Origin: Camelus dromedarius | Lineage: Eukaryota | DNA length: 64,000 nucleotides | NCBI RefSeq assembly: GCF_036321535.1 | Contig: NC_087436.1 | Coordinates: forward strand, 54,686,001-54,750,000 | Direction of reading: 5' to 3' | Part shown: positions 1 to 12,939 of the stretch, in pieces | How positions within the stretch are numbered: position 1 is the first letter of the stretch | How the letters are laid out: each line of letters begins with the position of its first letter | Position numbers and translations under genes: made by a program | The notes under the pieces: generated by a model | What the model was told of the DNA's origin: nothing | The model's input: the letters and a program-made list of their open reading frames with translations, nothing else | Databases searched by the model: none

Positions 1-3000
1 ACTAGTCTGAAATCCCAAATATAATAATGGCTTGAATGGCTTGAACCCACAGTTCACAAGCTCACCACGCCTCCTCCTGAATTTTCTCCTCTGAGTCTTT
101 CTGTGAGCTTCCAAGGAATGTCTTTCACATGCTCATAAACATTTTCAATCAACTGCCAAATGTCATCCACAGTTTCTTACCTTTTCTTCTGCCATAGTCT
201 CCCTGTGTGAGGTCCTGGGAACCTGTCAGGTCCATTATCTTCTCTGGGGACAATATCCTGGAGCTTTGGACTGTGCACAGACTTCCTAATAGCTGTTGCC
301 TGAGTTGAGATCTCAGAAAACTTCTTTTAGAAATACAGGGTATGCAGGATGTTTACACAGATAAGCGGCAAGGGACAACCAGAGTCTCATACCCACAGGG
401 CTCTGAGAGCAGGGACACAGAGTGAGGCCCAGGGCATGGGCTGCTAACCAAAGGAGGAACACAGACCAGTGGAACAATGGGCACCAAATCCTCCTCATCT
501 CACCAATCAAATCAGTCAGTCCTTTTTCCATGGAGAGGAGGAACTGGAACTGAAGGAAGGACAGAGAGGCTAGAGGAAGAAACTCATGTAAACATGGGAA
601 ATGGGAACTGCATAGCCCCTAACCCTGTGTAGGGCTCTAAGGCAAAGTTGGGGATTAACTGGTCTCATCTTAAAAGGTTGCTCTAACATAGAGGGTCTTC
701 AGATGGTACTACTCTGTCTTGGAGAAGAGTCTGAGAAAGGAGTAGGCCAGCCAGGGTGTAACTCTGCTACCTGCATGTAAGAGAAATGAAATATTACTGG
801 TATCTTATGATATTTACTCCCTGTGAAATGTACTGAACCATCGGCTGGAATTTGATAAAAGTGATCCAAATGGCATCACAATACAGCAACAGCAGCAACT
901 CCTTGCTAACACAGATCTGTTTCAGTTGATTCTTTTCACAAGGTCGAGTACCTTTCTTAGTTGAAATCCAGTGATCACAGTTAACTGAAAACTTAAAAAT
1001 AATAATACATGGTATGGTGCTGTTTACTGACACTAATTTTTTTCTTTTATTATCTAAGTTGTAAATGGCTTAATGTGCCTCCTAAAAGTTTTGAAATATC
1101 ACAATAATGCCGAAAAAGAACAAGTACAAAAGAAAACGGAGATGGTTTGTAAACTACTTCTAGAATGCGAGGTCTGATTCAGACAATGGAAATGAAGTAA
1201 TAAGTGAACCTTTTGTTTTTTACGTAATTAAAGAGCAAATCAATTTCTCACTGCCCTCATTAACTGGACACTGAATGTAAAAATGTTTTAAACCTGTTTG
1301 AAGAAGTAACAAATAAAACCAGCCCAGGAAACTCTTACATCCCATGATGGTTTGTCTGTGTCTTGTAGAGTTCTTAGCAAAGCAGAATTTCTGGTTTCAA
1401 TTTATGAAATACTCCACTCAGCGACATATCCATTGGGACAATCTTAATGACTGGCTTTCTTTGCTCTTGCCCTCCAAAGAAAGAGGTTTTGTTAGTATCT
1501 CTCAGCCTGAGTTATTTCCCAGGAAATTTTTAGTCTCATAAAATTAGGCTTCTCTTCAAATTTCCAATTTTGCCTAAGAGCACCAGCAGCTGAGGCTCAA
1601 GCCAGGGTTTCTCCTGTACTCCCATTACTCTTCTCTCTTCAATAACTTGGGAATGTGGAAGTGAAACTAAAATTAGGATTTAGAAATTAAAAATGTGTCC
1701 ACTCAGCACTTTTTCTGTTTGCTGTTGAGGGAGAAGTAAGGTTCTCTCATTTTGATTAGATCTTTTTATCTCTATATGTAAATAGGTTGGGATTACCAGA
1801 TGCTAAGAATTTGTCATAGTTTGGCTTATCTCTTCTTGTGATGCCCAGACCTATGTGTTTTGTTAGGTAGTGACACAATCACAAAGGCTCCACAAAGTTG
1901 AAGGCAAATCTGATAGAACCTTTTTCTCTTGAGCAGGGTGATCTTGCATGAGATTTAAAGTGCATTATATTGCAGGTGTTGACCCAACCCTTGCTAATGC
2001 AGAGGAAAGTGCAGACAGGAAAGGGAACTAAAACTGTCTCCTGCTGTGCTTATAGCTCTGTCATCACTGTCCATTATTCTTTGTAGATGGTTTTATTGGC
2101 TGCTTTGCTCCACAACTCTTCTGCTAAGCAGTTCTTATCTCAAAAACAACTCAATCATCCACCTGTCCATCACCCATCATGAGTCCTGTTGTGTCAAAAC
2201 AAGATGGAAAACTGCTGAATAAAATATCTCACTTTTAATACAGAACCAAAGCAAGACAATAAAGACCATTTTGATCTTTCTTTAAAACTAAGTAGTGCTG
2301 ATTCTAACCAGCTTCTACAACAGATGTTGTAGCAGCTACGGGTATCTATATTAAGAGCACAACTCTTGGGATTATAGTCCTAATTTGCACCTCTTCCCCA
2401 AATGCTGGGGGTAGTTATGACAAGAGTAAGTTCATACATAGAATGAATAAAATGCTTTGGCTTGGAGTTTCAGTGTTTTCACTTATTTCTTGCCACCTAA
2501 AATCATACCTTCAAAACACTGACATGGGCCAGGATAACATAAGGGACTGGGTAAAGGATCATTTTTATAAAGTCACTCCTGCTGTGTGTTCATTTGATTG
2601 GATAAGTGCAAACTGAACATTTAGATGAAATTGCTGAGGAAGGTAGAAGTATGTAACCAATAATACCAACCAGTTTTACTAGTAAAAACAAACCAAAAAA
2701 AAGAACAAAACCTGCTGTCATTCTTTCTATTTTTTAATCCAGATTACAAGTTAAACAATTATATGCATGTATTATACACTCTCTTTTTGCAAAACCTTAT
2801 TTTCTGAAAGGAACTCACGTAAAGACTGCAATCATCAGAGTTTTAGAATTTGTGATGACAGCTAGGACATTCACGGTTATCTTTAGTAATTCTTATGTTA
2901 ATTTTAAGTCACTACTTTCCTATTTCAATGGTAGTACATAAAAACTTGCTGGATATGCTGGATGATACAATCAGAGCACAACTCTGATCTGTCATGGGCT

Positions 3001-3333
3001 CTATAAAGTTATTTATTTGTTCAAAATAGAGGTAATGCTTTAACTGAAATAGGTTCATAAACATTTGGCCACTGTAAATCTCATAACTGATCATAGTTTC
3101 TTTGTTGTCATTAAAAATCTAACAGCCCTGTCTAACATGTGAAAAAGTCTGTATAATATGTGTTTTTAGACTCACCTTAATGTGGCTTAATTGTGTATGT
3201 GTGTGTTTGTGTTTGCCCCACTCTATAGCACGTAGATACATATATATACACACACATATATACATGCACACATGCACATGTATTTTTGTATATTTTGCAT
3301 ATAAGAAAAGTTTTTAAGTTTGAACTGGGCCAT

Positions 3334-3367
3334 AACTGATGAATTAATTAAACTAATGAATTAATTA
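3334..3367. repeat. 17-bp tandem duplication (aactgatgaattaatta / aactaatgaattaatta)
   Basis: Two adjacent copies with 1 mismatch, read directly. Confidence 0.85.
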
Positions 3368-4569
3368 AAGGCTGAGGCATCCCAACAGTTCAACTCAAAT
3401 CACCTTTCCATTTGGATGAAGTCTTTGTGCTAGTGCCATTGTCTGAAATCTCCTGATGGATGGTGCTGGTGGTTTATTTTAGCATGCTAAAAATGGGTCA
3501 GATGTTTCTTTCTTTGTTTTTTCCCCTAAATCTCATGGGTTTTGTTTTGTTTAATAGATTCTTTCAAAAAGGTGGGATCCTGCCCTTGGTTTCTAACGAA
3601 GCCTTTTGTTACGTTCAAGCCCAGTAATCACAAACAATGTAGAAGGTAATGGTGCGTGATAGACATAGTTTGCTCTTCTAAGGATTTCAGTTACACTTCA
3701 GTTTTTATATTCAGCAAATGAGAGTGCCTTTAAAACCTCTCAACTGTACATAAAAGTGAGTAAAAAATAGAAAAGAAGTGAATAGAAGCTACAACCACAG
3801 AATTTATGATAGAAATACAGAGAGCAAGATGGCAATGGTCCATTAAAGAAAGACAAACACATTTTTAATATTTTTATAGAAAAAAAATCCCTTCAGATTA
3901 TGATTTGCATTACCTATATTCAGTACAAATAATTTAAAAGAATGTTTGATGGTAGTGGTATCAAAATCAGCCTGTGAGGCGGGAAGGTCATGCGGGCACC
4001 GCACGCTCCCCGCTACCCGACACTGGCTCTGGAGCCACTGAAGGCCCCCCTCCTCTTGCCACAAGGAGGGGTGGCTCACTCCAGGTCTTCCATCACTCTC
4101 CGATCTCAGAGACCCAGGCTCACTGCGGACACCCTGGGTTCTCCCTGGTCTCCTTAGTTTTTAATCACACACAGAGCTGTTGTTGTGTTTGGATTTCAAA
4201 GTCCTAATTAAAATTCCTTAACTATCAGGAGTAGATCTTTTTTTTATCTGCAGAGGTAGTTAGAAAATAACCAAAGCAAAGAGGGTTTTGACTAATTTAA
4301 GCTGTTTATAATTCTTTCCTATAAAAAGCAGAGAAAAGAAAGAGGAGAGGGACAAGGGCAAAAGCGCCTAGTCCATTAATCTCTGAGTTAAACCTTGGCG
4401 GTGAAATCTATCTATCCTTAGATGCTCCACTGGACGTGGTAGCCACCCAGTTTCAAAGTGAAAGCACAGAAAGCTTATTCTTCTCAGCCTTAGTGTGCTC
4501 AGCACAGAGTGAGGATCCTATTGTCTCTACTTTTCTGTTGAGAACTTGTACACATCTTTCTGTTCTCTG

Positions 4570-5072
4570 CTTAAAGGGATCTAGAATATGCCACTGTAGC
4601 ATACGTTATTTTGAGCTGAAGGCATTAGAGTTTCCGAAACCCCTTATTTACCTAAAAATAGAGCCTTCTTCAAAAGAACTCTATTGTCATAAATTCCCTC
4701 CTGGAAAGCAACCAGGGACAGTTGATTCTTATCACCAGAGGCAAACAGAAGTCAGCAGCACACCCAAAAGAAGTTATCACAAAACTATCCTATGTCCCGT
4801 CTGTTCTCCTAAGGGCTCACCAAAAAGTCATTTGTTTTCCCAGAAGTGCCTTCATTTTTTTTCCCATACGTCTTCTTCTCCCCATCCCTTTCGCCTATGT
4901 GTTCTAAATTCTAACCACTACATTCGAACCAGTCACATTTCTTGGTGAATTCCCTTATGTAAATAGGTGATTAAAATTTGTTATTTTTCTTGCTAATCTG
5001 TCTTTTGTCAATCTAATTTGCAGGCCCTCAAGAACTTAACGTAAGATGGTAGAGGAAAAGTTTTTCCTCAAA
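4570..5072 (+). mobile_element. ERV1-class solo LTR, MER34-like
   Basis: Starts taaagggatctagaatatgcc..ttattttgagctgaaggca and ends ctaatctgtcttttgtca..gtagaggaaaagtttttcctc. Colinear with the copy at 13053-13572. Confidence 0.8.
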
Positions 5073-5859
5073 GATGGGGTTTTATACTTATGTTTCACAA
5101 TTTTAGCAAAAGTTCTCTCTGCCATTTTTTAAGGCAGCTTCCAGTGGTCAATATATTATAGAATTTCATTTATATGCATTTAAAAAGATAAGTTATAAAT
5201 GTATACTCATATGTGTATGTAAATCTTTTCTTTACAATTTTCATATATGACCATTTATGTCAAATTGTTATTTCTGAGATACCCTTAAAACAAAAGGGAC
5301 CATGAGAAAATGTTGTGTTTAGAAAAAATGTGGACTCTGGTAAGTGAGGATTTTCCCCATATCCTTTCTTACTACAGAATCCAGTGATTTAAAAGGAGAT
5401 TATGTTTTCATAATGCATAGAAAAACTTTAGATTCAAATAATTTTTGATTTGGTACTTTCTTTCCCTTTTCTTTTTTTTTTTTTTTTTTTTTTTTATAGC
5501 TTGATGCCCAAGAGAAAGAAACTTGGCCCTCCTTTTTATTCCTTTCTTATCATCTGTTTGTTTTAGACCCTGGGTGGCTAATTTATGGATAGTGATAAAA
5601 ACACAACATCCAAGCAACATCTAGCAAAGAGCATATGGGTATATTTATATAAAAATCTGGACTTTCAATGAAAGAGAGATTGACACTGCACTGTCTGAAA
5701 TATTCTTCAGACTGTAATAAAATGCTCTATAGGAGTCTTGCGTTTTCTTTTTGGCAAAATGTCTAATCATGTCACTCATCTATATGAGTCTGCATGACAT
5801 TGCCAAAGCATTTAACATGGTATTCAAACCAAATTATTTGTTTTCCTCTATTCATTTAT

Positions 5860-6370
5860 AGCTCCATCATAGTACCTATCACATTTTATTATGATTGTCT
5901 GTTTACTTTTCTGTCTTCCCCACTAAATTAGTATCCCATAAAAAACAGAATGTTTAATGTCTGTATTCCCTAAAAGCAACCCAAATTATATTTGTATGCC
6001 AGCACCTAACTCTTATGTTTAGCACATACCAGGTGGTCAATATATGTGTGTTGAATGAACCCATATCTGGAAAGATCTCCTCTGATCTTTCTTCCTTCTT
6101 AGCTCTTATACTTCCATTAATATTAAATTCAGAAAATTATCTTTGTAATGGCTAGCTTGGTCTCACAGGCTGAATTAATCACACACTAATCTACGCCCCC
6201 ATGGCACTCTGATCGATACCACTGGTATCACATCTAAAAGTGGCATTTTAAGTGTTTGTTTCTATACCTCCTTTTAAGCAAGGACTAGGTCTAACTCATT
6301 CTTGTTGCTCAGAATCTAGCATTGCGTCTATTAAAAAACAGTTGCTGAGTAAATGTCTGTGAAATGAATA
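5860..6370 (+). mobile_element. Two degraded L2 3'-end fragments
   Basis: L2 tail motifs ..gtcaatatatgtgtgttgaatgaa (~6059) and ..gtaaatgtctgtgaaatgaataa (~6370). Confidence 0.6.
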
Positions 6371-6418
6371 AAGGAGCAACCTCAATGGAGGGAAATGTAT
6401 AAGACTTTGTTTCCCTGG

Positions 6419-6857
6419 TGCTACGGGTGGAATTGTGCCCCCCCCCCAATAATATGTTAATGTTCTGACTCCTTGAACATCTTAGAATGTGACTTTACTT
6501 GGAAAAAGTTTGTGCAGATGTAACTAGTTAAAGTGAGATCATTCTGGAGAAGGGTGGGCCCTTATTTCAATACGATTGATGTCCTTACAAGAAGAAGAAA
6601 GGCACAGATGGAAGATGGCCATGAAGACAGAGCTAAAGATTAGAGTTATGCTGCGGCAAGCTGAGGAACACCTGAGGCTACCAGAGGCTGGAAGGGACAA
6701 GGAAGATCCTCCTCTAGTGGCTTTGGAGGGAGCCAGGTACTGCCAACATCTTGATTTCAGATTTTTAGTGCCCAGAACTGTGACAGAATAAACTCTTGTT
6801 GCTTTAAGCCACCCAGTTTGTGATGCTTTGTTAGGGCAGTACTAGGAAACTAAAACA
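6419..6857 (+). mobile_element. MaLR solo LTR (MLT1C-like)
   Basis: TG..CA termini. MLT1 motifs gaattgtgcccccc, tagaatgtgac and tttaagccacccagtttgtg..ctaggaaactaaaaca. Degraded 5-bp TSD cctgg/tctag. Confidence 0.9.
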
Positions 6858-7249
6858 TCTAGTATGTTAAACCTAGTACGTTTAAGCTGTCTTATTTTTG
6901 TTACTGGGGTTATCTCTAAAATAGAATTGATTTAGGCAAGAAAATAAAAGCAAAATGATATTTAAAGATTGCCTCTGCTCTGTAAAGTGTTAATGGTCTC
7001 CCAACATGGCATCCTCCTGAAATGTAAACTCTTTGAAGTGAAACAAACAAATAACATGTATTTACAAGTTACTGGGTAATAGTAACTTATGGAATGTGAT
7101 ACCTTTTGTTTCCAAATATCTCAAAATTGGGAGCAAAATGTCTTTAGAATCATAAAAAAGTGATAATACATTTTTACTTGGAATCTATAGTGTCTGAAGG
7201 ACACAAAAGGAAAGACAATAGATTCATCTAACCATCTACTTTTTCATCT

Positions 7250-8570
7250 GTGCACTCATTTACTCATTATCCCCTGTTTTGGGGATACAGCAGTGGACAA
7301 TATAATGAAGGTCCCTCTCCTGGAGATTATATTTATTGGGATAGTGAAGAAAAAAACAACACAAAATATAGGACACGTTGGAAGATGCTGTGAAAAAAGG
7401 GGAAGTGAGATAAGAAGATTGAGAATACTGAAGGAAGGATTGTTCTTTTAGTTGGAGTTATCAGACAAGGTGTTTTTGTAAGGTAGCGTTTGGAATGGGG
7501 GAACGAGCCATACATATGGATCTATGCATACATCAGAAGATGTGCATATATATGTGTGTATATATAAAAAACTTGAGAGTATAATGATTGGGCAGAAGAA
7601 ACACGTCCCAAGGCAGAGTGTGTTGGAACAGCAAACAAGACAGTATTGCCTACTTAAAATGATTGGGAGAAACATGTGATGTGAGATCAGAGAGGTGATT
7701 AGAGACCAGATCATGTAGGCTATTAAAGCCCTTGTGAGAATTTTTGCTTTTTCTTAAGTAAGTCTGTTAGTTGTAAGCAGAGGAGTAATACGATGTAACA
7801 GAATTTCACGTGTCCCTCTAGCTGCTGTGTAAGGGAATACACCATGGGGCAAGCAATGGCAGAAGTCAACAGACTTGCAAGAATCTATCTGAAAGATCAC
7901 AGTCACCTGAACTAGTATGAGAAGCAGCTGGAGTCTAGATGTGTTATGAAAATGGAATCCAAGACTTGCAGATGAGGTATGTGGGTAGACCTGAAATTAG
8001 TTTTGTCAGACAAGTGAACATCACTGTGAAGAGGGCCGTGGTGCAGGTGGGAGTCAAAGGGACAGCATTCCACACCTATTAGAAGGCATGGAGGTTAAAG
8101 AAAGAGCACATGCTGGAGGAACTGGAAATCCCTTGCAGGAAGAGGAGAAGAAAAGCCAATGATAAGAAAGATTTCGGGGCTCAAAAGGACCCAGCTTATA
8201 TTGGATCTGTTGCTGTGTTATGGAGGTTAGAGTTTATCCTGAAGGTGAAGAGGAGTCATTGAAGGATTTTTGAGAAGGGGTGAGGAAGTATCATATTTAT
8301 AGTGTAGGATGCTAATGCTGACAGTAGTGGAGAACAGATGGGAGAGAGGGCAGGGATTGAGGGCAGAGATCAGGTTGAAGATTTTGCAGTATCTCATCTG
8401 AGAATGATGGTGGCAATAGCACCAGAAATAAGGAAGAATAGATAGACAAAAGACATTGATGAATAAAAGTGGGTGAACTTAATCCTTAGTTGAATATAGG
8501 AGGTGAGGGAGAGGGAGAAAGCAAGGGTACATTTTCTGACTTGGGTAACTGGGTTTTGGTGGGCCATGAC
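7250..8570 (-). mobile_element. L2 fragments (antisense)
   Basis: cactcatttactcatt..ggggatacagcagtggacaa..ggtccct; gagtcattgaaggattttt; purine-rich L2 antisense pattern. Confidence 0.7.
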
Positions 8571-8819
8571 AAGGCTTGTCCACAAATACCTCCTAAAAGG
8601 ACATACAGAGAAGACTCCTATGGCCTGGTGCAGGGGCATATATCTAGGAAGACTGCTCACGCGCAGGCATACCAAGGAGGTCACGGCCTTCTCATACAAT
8701 AATTTGCTTCAGAGTGCTGATGCAGCAACATGCAGAGCGGCAGTGTGCCCGGAATTCTGCGTTTCCCTGACCTGGCAGGCATTTCTTCCTCTGTGGGTGG
8801 TCAAGAACACCAGATTTTG

Positions 8820-8990
8820 GGGGATCATATAGCTGAAGTGGTAAAGCACATGCCTGACGTGCACGAGGTCCCAGGTTCATTCCCCAGCACTTCCTCCTCC
8901 AAATAGAAATAAATGAATAAACACAATTATCACCCCCTCATAAAATGAATAAAACAAGCCAAATGTGTGCTGTAAACAAACAAACAAACC
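8820..8990 (+). mobile_element. tRNA-derived SINE (camelid Vic-1-like)
   Basis: Head ggggatcatatagctgaagtggtaaagcac with A box, B box ggttcattccc, A-rich/(AAAC)n tail. 12-bp TSD caccagattttg at 8808-8819 and 8991-9002. Confidence 0.9.
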
Positions 8991-9129
8991 CACCAGATTT
9001 TGAGCACTCCTTCACATGAGGACAAGGAAGAAATTGGGACCTTTGTCTACCACTTGTATCCTTTGCCCTTCCTATTGTGGCTTCAGGAGTAAAATGTGGA
9101 AAAGTACAAGCCAAGTCTTCGTCATCTCT

Positions 9130-9725
9130 AAGCTTTCAGCCATTACCAGACTAGCTCATGGGTGGATGATGGTGTCATTAATTAGGTTTGTGAATAATAA
9201 AGGAGAAATATACTGGGGGGGGGGGTGGTAGGAAAGACAAGAAATCTAAGAAGAGATTTCCTAGGTCTGTAATTCAAGTTTAAAGTCTGTGTCTAGAGCC
9301 TCAAAGTGAGGTCTGGCTTTGACCACAGAAATGAATGCCATCAGGGAACATAGGAGACCCCAGAAAGAGGTCAAAATAAGGAGAGAAAAAAGCCAGGGAT
9401 TGATTTTAGAAAATATCAGAATGCAAGTTATTAATACAGAAAAAACAACATTCTGGAAGAGGAGGCTGAGATGGAACTACCAACAAGGCAGGAGAACATG
9501 GAGAAATCAGATCTTGGGACCCAAGGGTTTTAGAAGGGATAGTTATGGAGTAGCAGAGAGGCCCAGAGATGATGTGACCGTGAGGCACACAAATCAGATT
9601 TCAATGGGCTAGTTAAACAGCAGGTGAAGCAATGGGGACAGCATGTGTCTAGCACTCTTTCTGATGTACAGGCTTTTTGGTGAAGGAGAGATCAGATGAT
9701 GCTTAGAGGAGAATGTAAGATCCAA
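9130..9725 (-). mobile_element. Degraded L2 fragment
   Basis: ggtggatgatggtgtcatta..; cagatttcaatgggctagt..ggggacagcatgtgt, resembling L2 antisense. Confidence 0.55.
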
Positions 9726-9737
9726 GAAGATGTATTA

Positions 9738-10119
9738 TGTGAAAAGATAAACTGAGGCATATTAAAAATTTTAAGAGTTTACTTGAGCAAAAATTTATTT
9801 GAACAGGGCAGGCTCCAATCTGGCAGATAGAGAGGAGCTCTGGGAAGCTGTATAAAATGAAAGACTTTTGTAGGAGAAGGGAGCTGGAGCAAGGAAGTCA
9901 TACTAGGCAAAAAAGAAGAGTGGTTACTGCACGGTTACTTTCCTTTAGGGGATGGCAGGTAACTGGGAAGATTACCTCACCAGTGCTGATCAGGTGATTC
10001 CTCACTGACTGGTTTAAGATTCCATTTCTGGGAGAGCCAAAACTGTAATCAACTGAAGTCAGTTTGGTGATGTGGGGCTTAGTGACTCTGTTTGGGGCCT
10101 GTTGTCTTCTTTTTTGACA
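9738..10119 (-). mobile_element. ERV1-class solo LTR
   Basis: TGTGAAAA..TTTTGACA inverted termini. Perfect 4-bp TSD atta (9734-9737 / 10120-10123). Interrupts the L2. Confidence 0.88.
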
Positions 10120-12519
10120 ATTACATGTGGGGGAATTAAAGAACATTTGCATGTTGAGAAGGGAAGCAAGTCTTAAGCAAGTGATTAGAGGCATCGTTTG
10201 AACATACTACAGCTAGAATAAGCTATGAGTGAAGCACTGGAGAAAGCAGATGGTTCCATTATTCAAACGTTTATAGATTTTTCCAAGTGAGTTTGCTGGA
10301 AGCATATTTGTACTGAGTGTTAAAGACATTGCTGGTAGAGTGGTTTATGTAATGGTTTAAGTAAATCAAGTTTAGGGTACTAGGGGTTGAGTCCAGGAGG
10401 AGACTAACTAATTAAGATTATCCCTTCAACCTCACAAAAGCTGGGAGGTTAAAGTGACACAGTGGTAATGTGGCACACAGTGAGGATTCCATTAATGCTG
10501 GTTCTCTCTTCTCTGAATAATCTGAAATACATATATCAGAATGTGAGACCCCACAATGTGTCAGAATTAGCTCATTATCAGCTCTAAGAAAACTCATCTC
10601 AAATAGGCCACTTAGGAAACTGGGCAGGGAAGTCTTAACAAAAGCAAATCAGTAATTCAAAGTCTCTTCGTGCACCTTAATAAAGGAAGGGGCTTGCTTG
10701 AGGAAATCTGTGGCACAATGGCACCTGATTCAGACAGCTTATCAAGAGTCCAAGAAACGCTGCACTTCTGAGTTCTCTTCGAATGGATTCTATAAATGCT
10801 AGACTCATAGGAGAAAAAGAAGTGCTAGAAAGATATCTAGTGATCTCTGAGACAAATGCAGCAGGCCAACTCTGTGACTGATCTCACCCTTATTCCTATT
10901 TCAAGCAAATGCTTCTAAATACAGGCCCATTCACACTCCACAAAGAATTCCTGTGATCATGTATGTATTTTAAAATACGCTTTAAATTTTTTCACTTATC
11001 TTTACTTTTCATACTTTTTTCCTCCTTTACACTTTTCCACAATGCTTTGAAGAATGAGCCTTTGTTGAAAGTATCTAGATTTCAAATAATCCGTCTCCAC
11101 CCTGCTTCAGCTCAGTATCACTTTCCTCTCCAAGGCTGTCCTGTCCCAGCCCTCCAGATGACTGAGCTCCTTTCAAGCAGAGAGCCTTGCTCTTTTGCAC
11201 CTTTCAGGCCATCATTAGTCATTTCAAAGATTTTTACAGAGGAATGATAAAGAAAACTATTATTTGAAGGACTTGGGCTGTACATTATTTTTTTGGCCTT
11301 GACAAATACCCATTGGTAAAATGAAGACTTCAAAGGGCCTTCATTAGGGCCTAAGAAAGGAACAGCGGGAAAGTTAATTACCTGGAGCCAAAAATCCTAT
11401 TTTCCCTTTAACAACCCAGGACTGCACTTTACAGGCAATCAAATGGAGAGCTGTTCGGCAAATAGTCAGCCTTTCTTGAAATGTTGAGTGTAATTAGATG
11501 CTCTCCTGTCTGTCATTAAAGACAAATTGTTTGTAAATGGTTAACATTTGAGTACTGCACTGTGTCTTCAACCTTTATTATAATTATATTTTCAATATTG
11601 ACCGAAATATTCTAAACTGAGAAATGGGAGCTTCTTGCAAGGCTAATTGCTTGATAATAAATTACTGCAGCTCTTAAGAACACTTGCACTGCTTATTTAT
11701 TTATTTTGCCTTCATTTTCTTTAGGGGTTTTAACATTTGCATTTCAAATATACTCAGAAGAAGTCTTCTGTGAAAAGAATTGTTCATCCCCTGATAGTGG
11801 CTAATTTTTTTCCTAATTGGGGTTGTGAACCAAAGTAAAAAACTCTTAACCCTGTCCAAAACCCACTGGCTTGAAAGAAACCCAGATGTCATTAGGGTTG
11901 TCAATGCTCCCTGATGAGAGGGAAGGATGAATAAAGCATTTTTGACTGTTACAGGATGTTTTGAGTCTGTGATGTCATCAGCTTCTCCCATGCTTGATAG
12001 CAATTTACTTCATTATATTGTAATTTAACCATTCAATGCACTATTCTAATCTGTTTAATGTGCTATTCTTTTTCAGTCACCAGTCAACCTTACATAAAGC
12101 TAGTAAGTTCAGACAAAAGGACGTAAGAGTCAGGATCCTGAACTTACGATAATACCAATTTAGACTCTTCTGTATCTTTCAAATGATATGTTTTCAAACT
12201 GGCACTTGGGTCTATTTCATCAGTACTCTGATTTCAGTACTTTCATCTTAGGAACTGAATCTAAGAGGGCTGAGGAGTAGTTTTTTTGTTCAGAGTTCTG
12301 AACAAAATAATATGGATATGTTCCTGGTTATAAAATTTAGAGCATGTAGTTTTTAAGTGGTAACTATCATCATTAAAACTGAATGTTTCAAGGTGCAGAT
12401 TTCAAATCTATTATAGGGATGTCAGTAGAACTGAAATGCTCATTTCTCCATTGTCTGTCCAATAAAGCCTCTATTTACTAATAAGCAATAAACTACAAAA
12501 CAGCAGCTTAGCCATTAGT

Positions 12520-12715
12520 TGTTTAGAAGTTACTATGTGCTAAGGGAGTGTGCTAACTTATTTTATGTATTTTCTATTTAATTTTGACAATAACTCTATG
12601 AAAAAGATACTATTCTTTCCCTGTTATAAATGAACAAACTGAGTTTTGGAGACATTATTTTCCCACAACTAGTAAATGGCAGAGCCAAAAATCTGAGCTA
12701 TATTTGTTTCCAAAA
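12520..12715 (-). mobile_element. MIR
   Basis: ttactatgtgc..acaataactctatga..ttataaatgaacaaactgag, the MIR core antisense. Confidence 0.75.
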
Positions 12716-12939
12716 TTATGTTCATTCAAGTAGATAATTATCTAATTATCTGAAAATTAAATGCTATTATTTCCTACTTTTCCAAAAGCAGCATTATAAA
12801 TACTATAGAAATATAATATTGAAGGCTCTTGACAAACCAAGTACAGGAAATTGAGTAAAAAACTTCTTGTTAACAAGATGAATCTTAACTGCATTATCAA
12901 TATTTAGTATGTGTCTCTAGAACTATTAAAAGTCTAGAG

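Noticed and set aside
4436..4948. Longest ORF in the window (170 aa)
   Set aside because: Non-ATG start, lies mostly within a MER34-like LTR, and shows no recognisable protein similarity.
8394..8832. Overlapping 100-aa ORFs on both strands
   Set aside because: They start in or run through L2-derived sequence and abut the SINE, with no protein similarity.
8820..8895. Possible tRNA gene
   Set aside because: Degenerate cloverleaf with an A-rich tail and TSD, so it is a SINE head rather than a tRNA.
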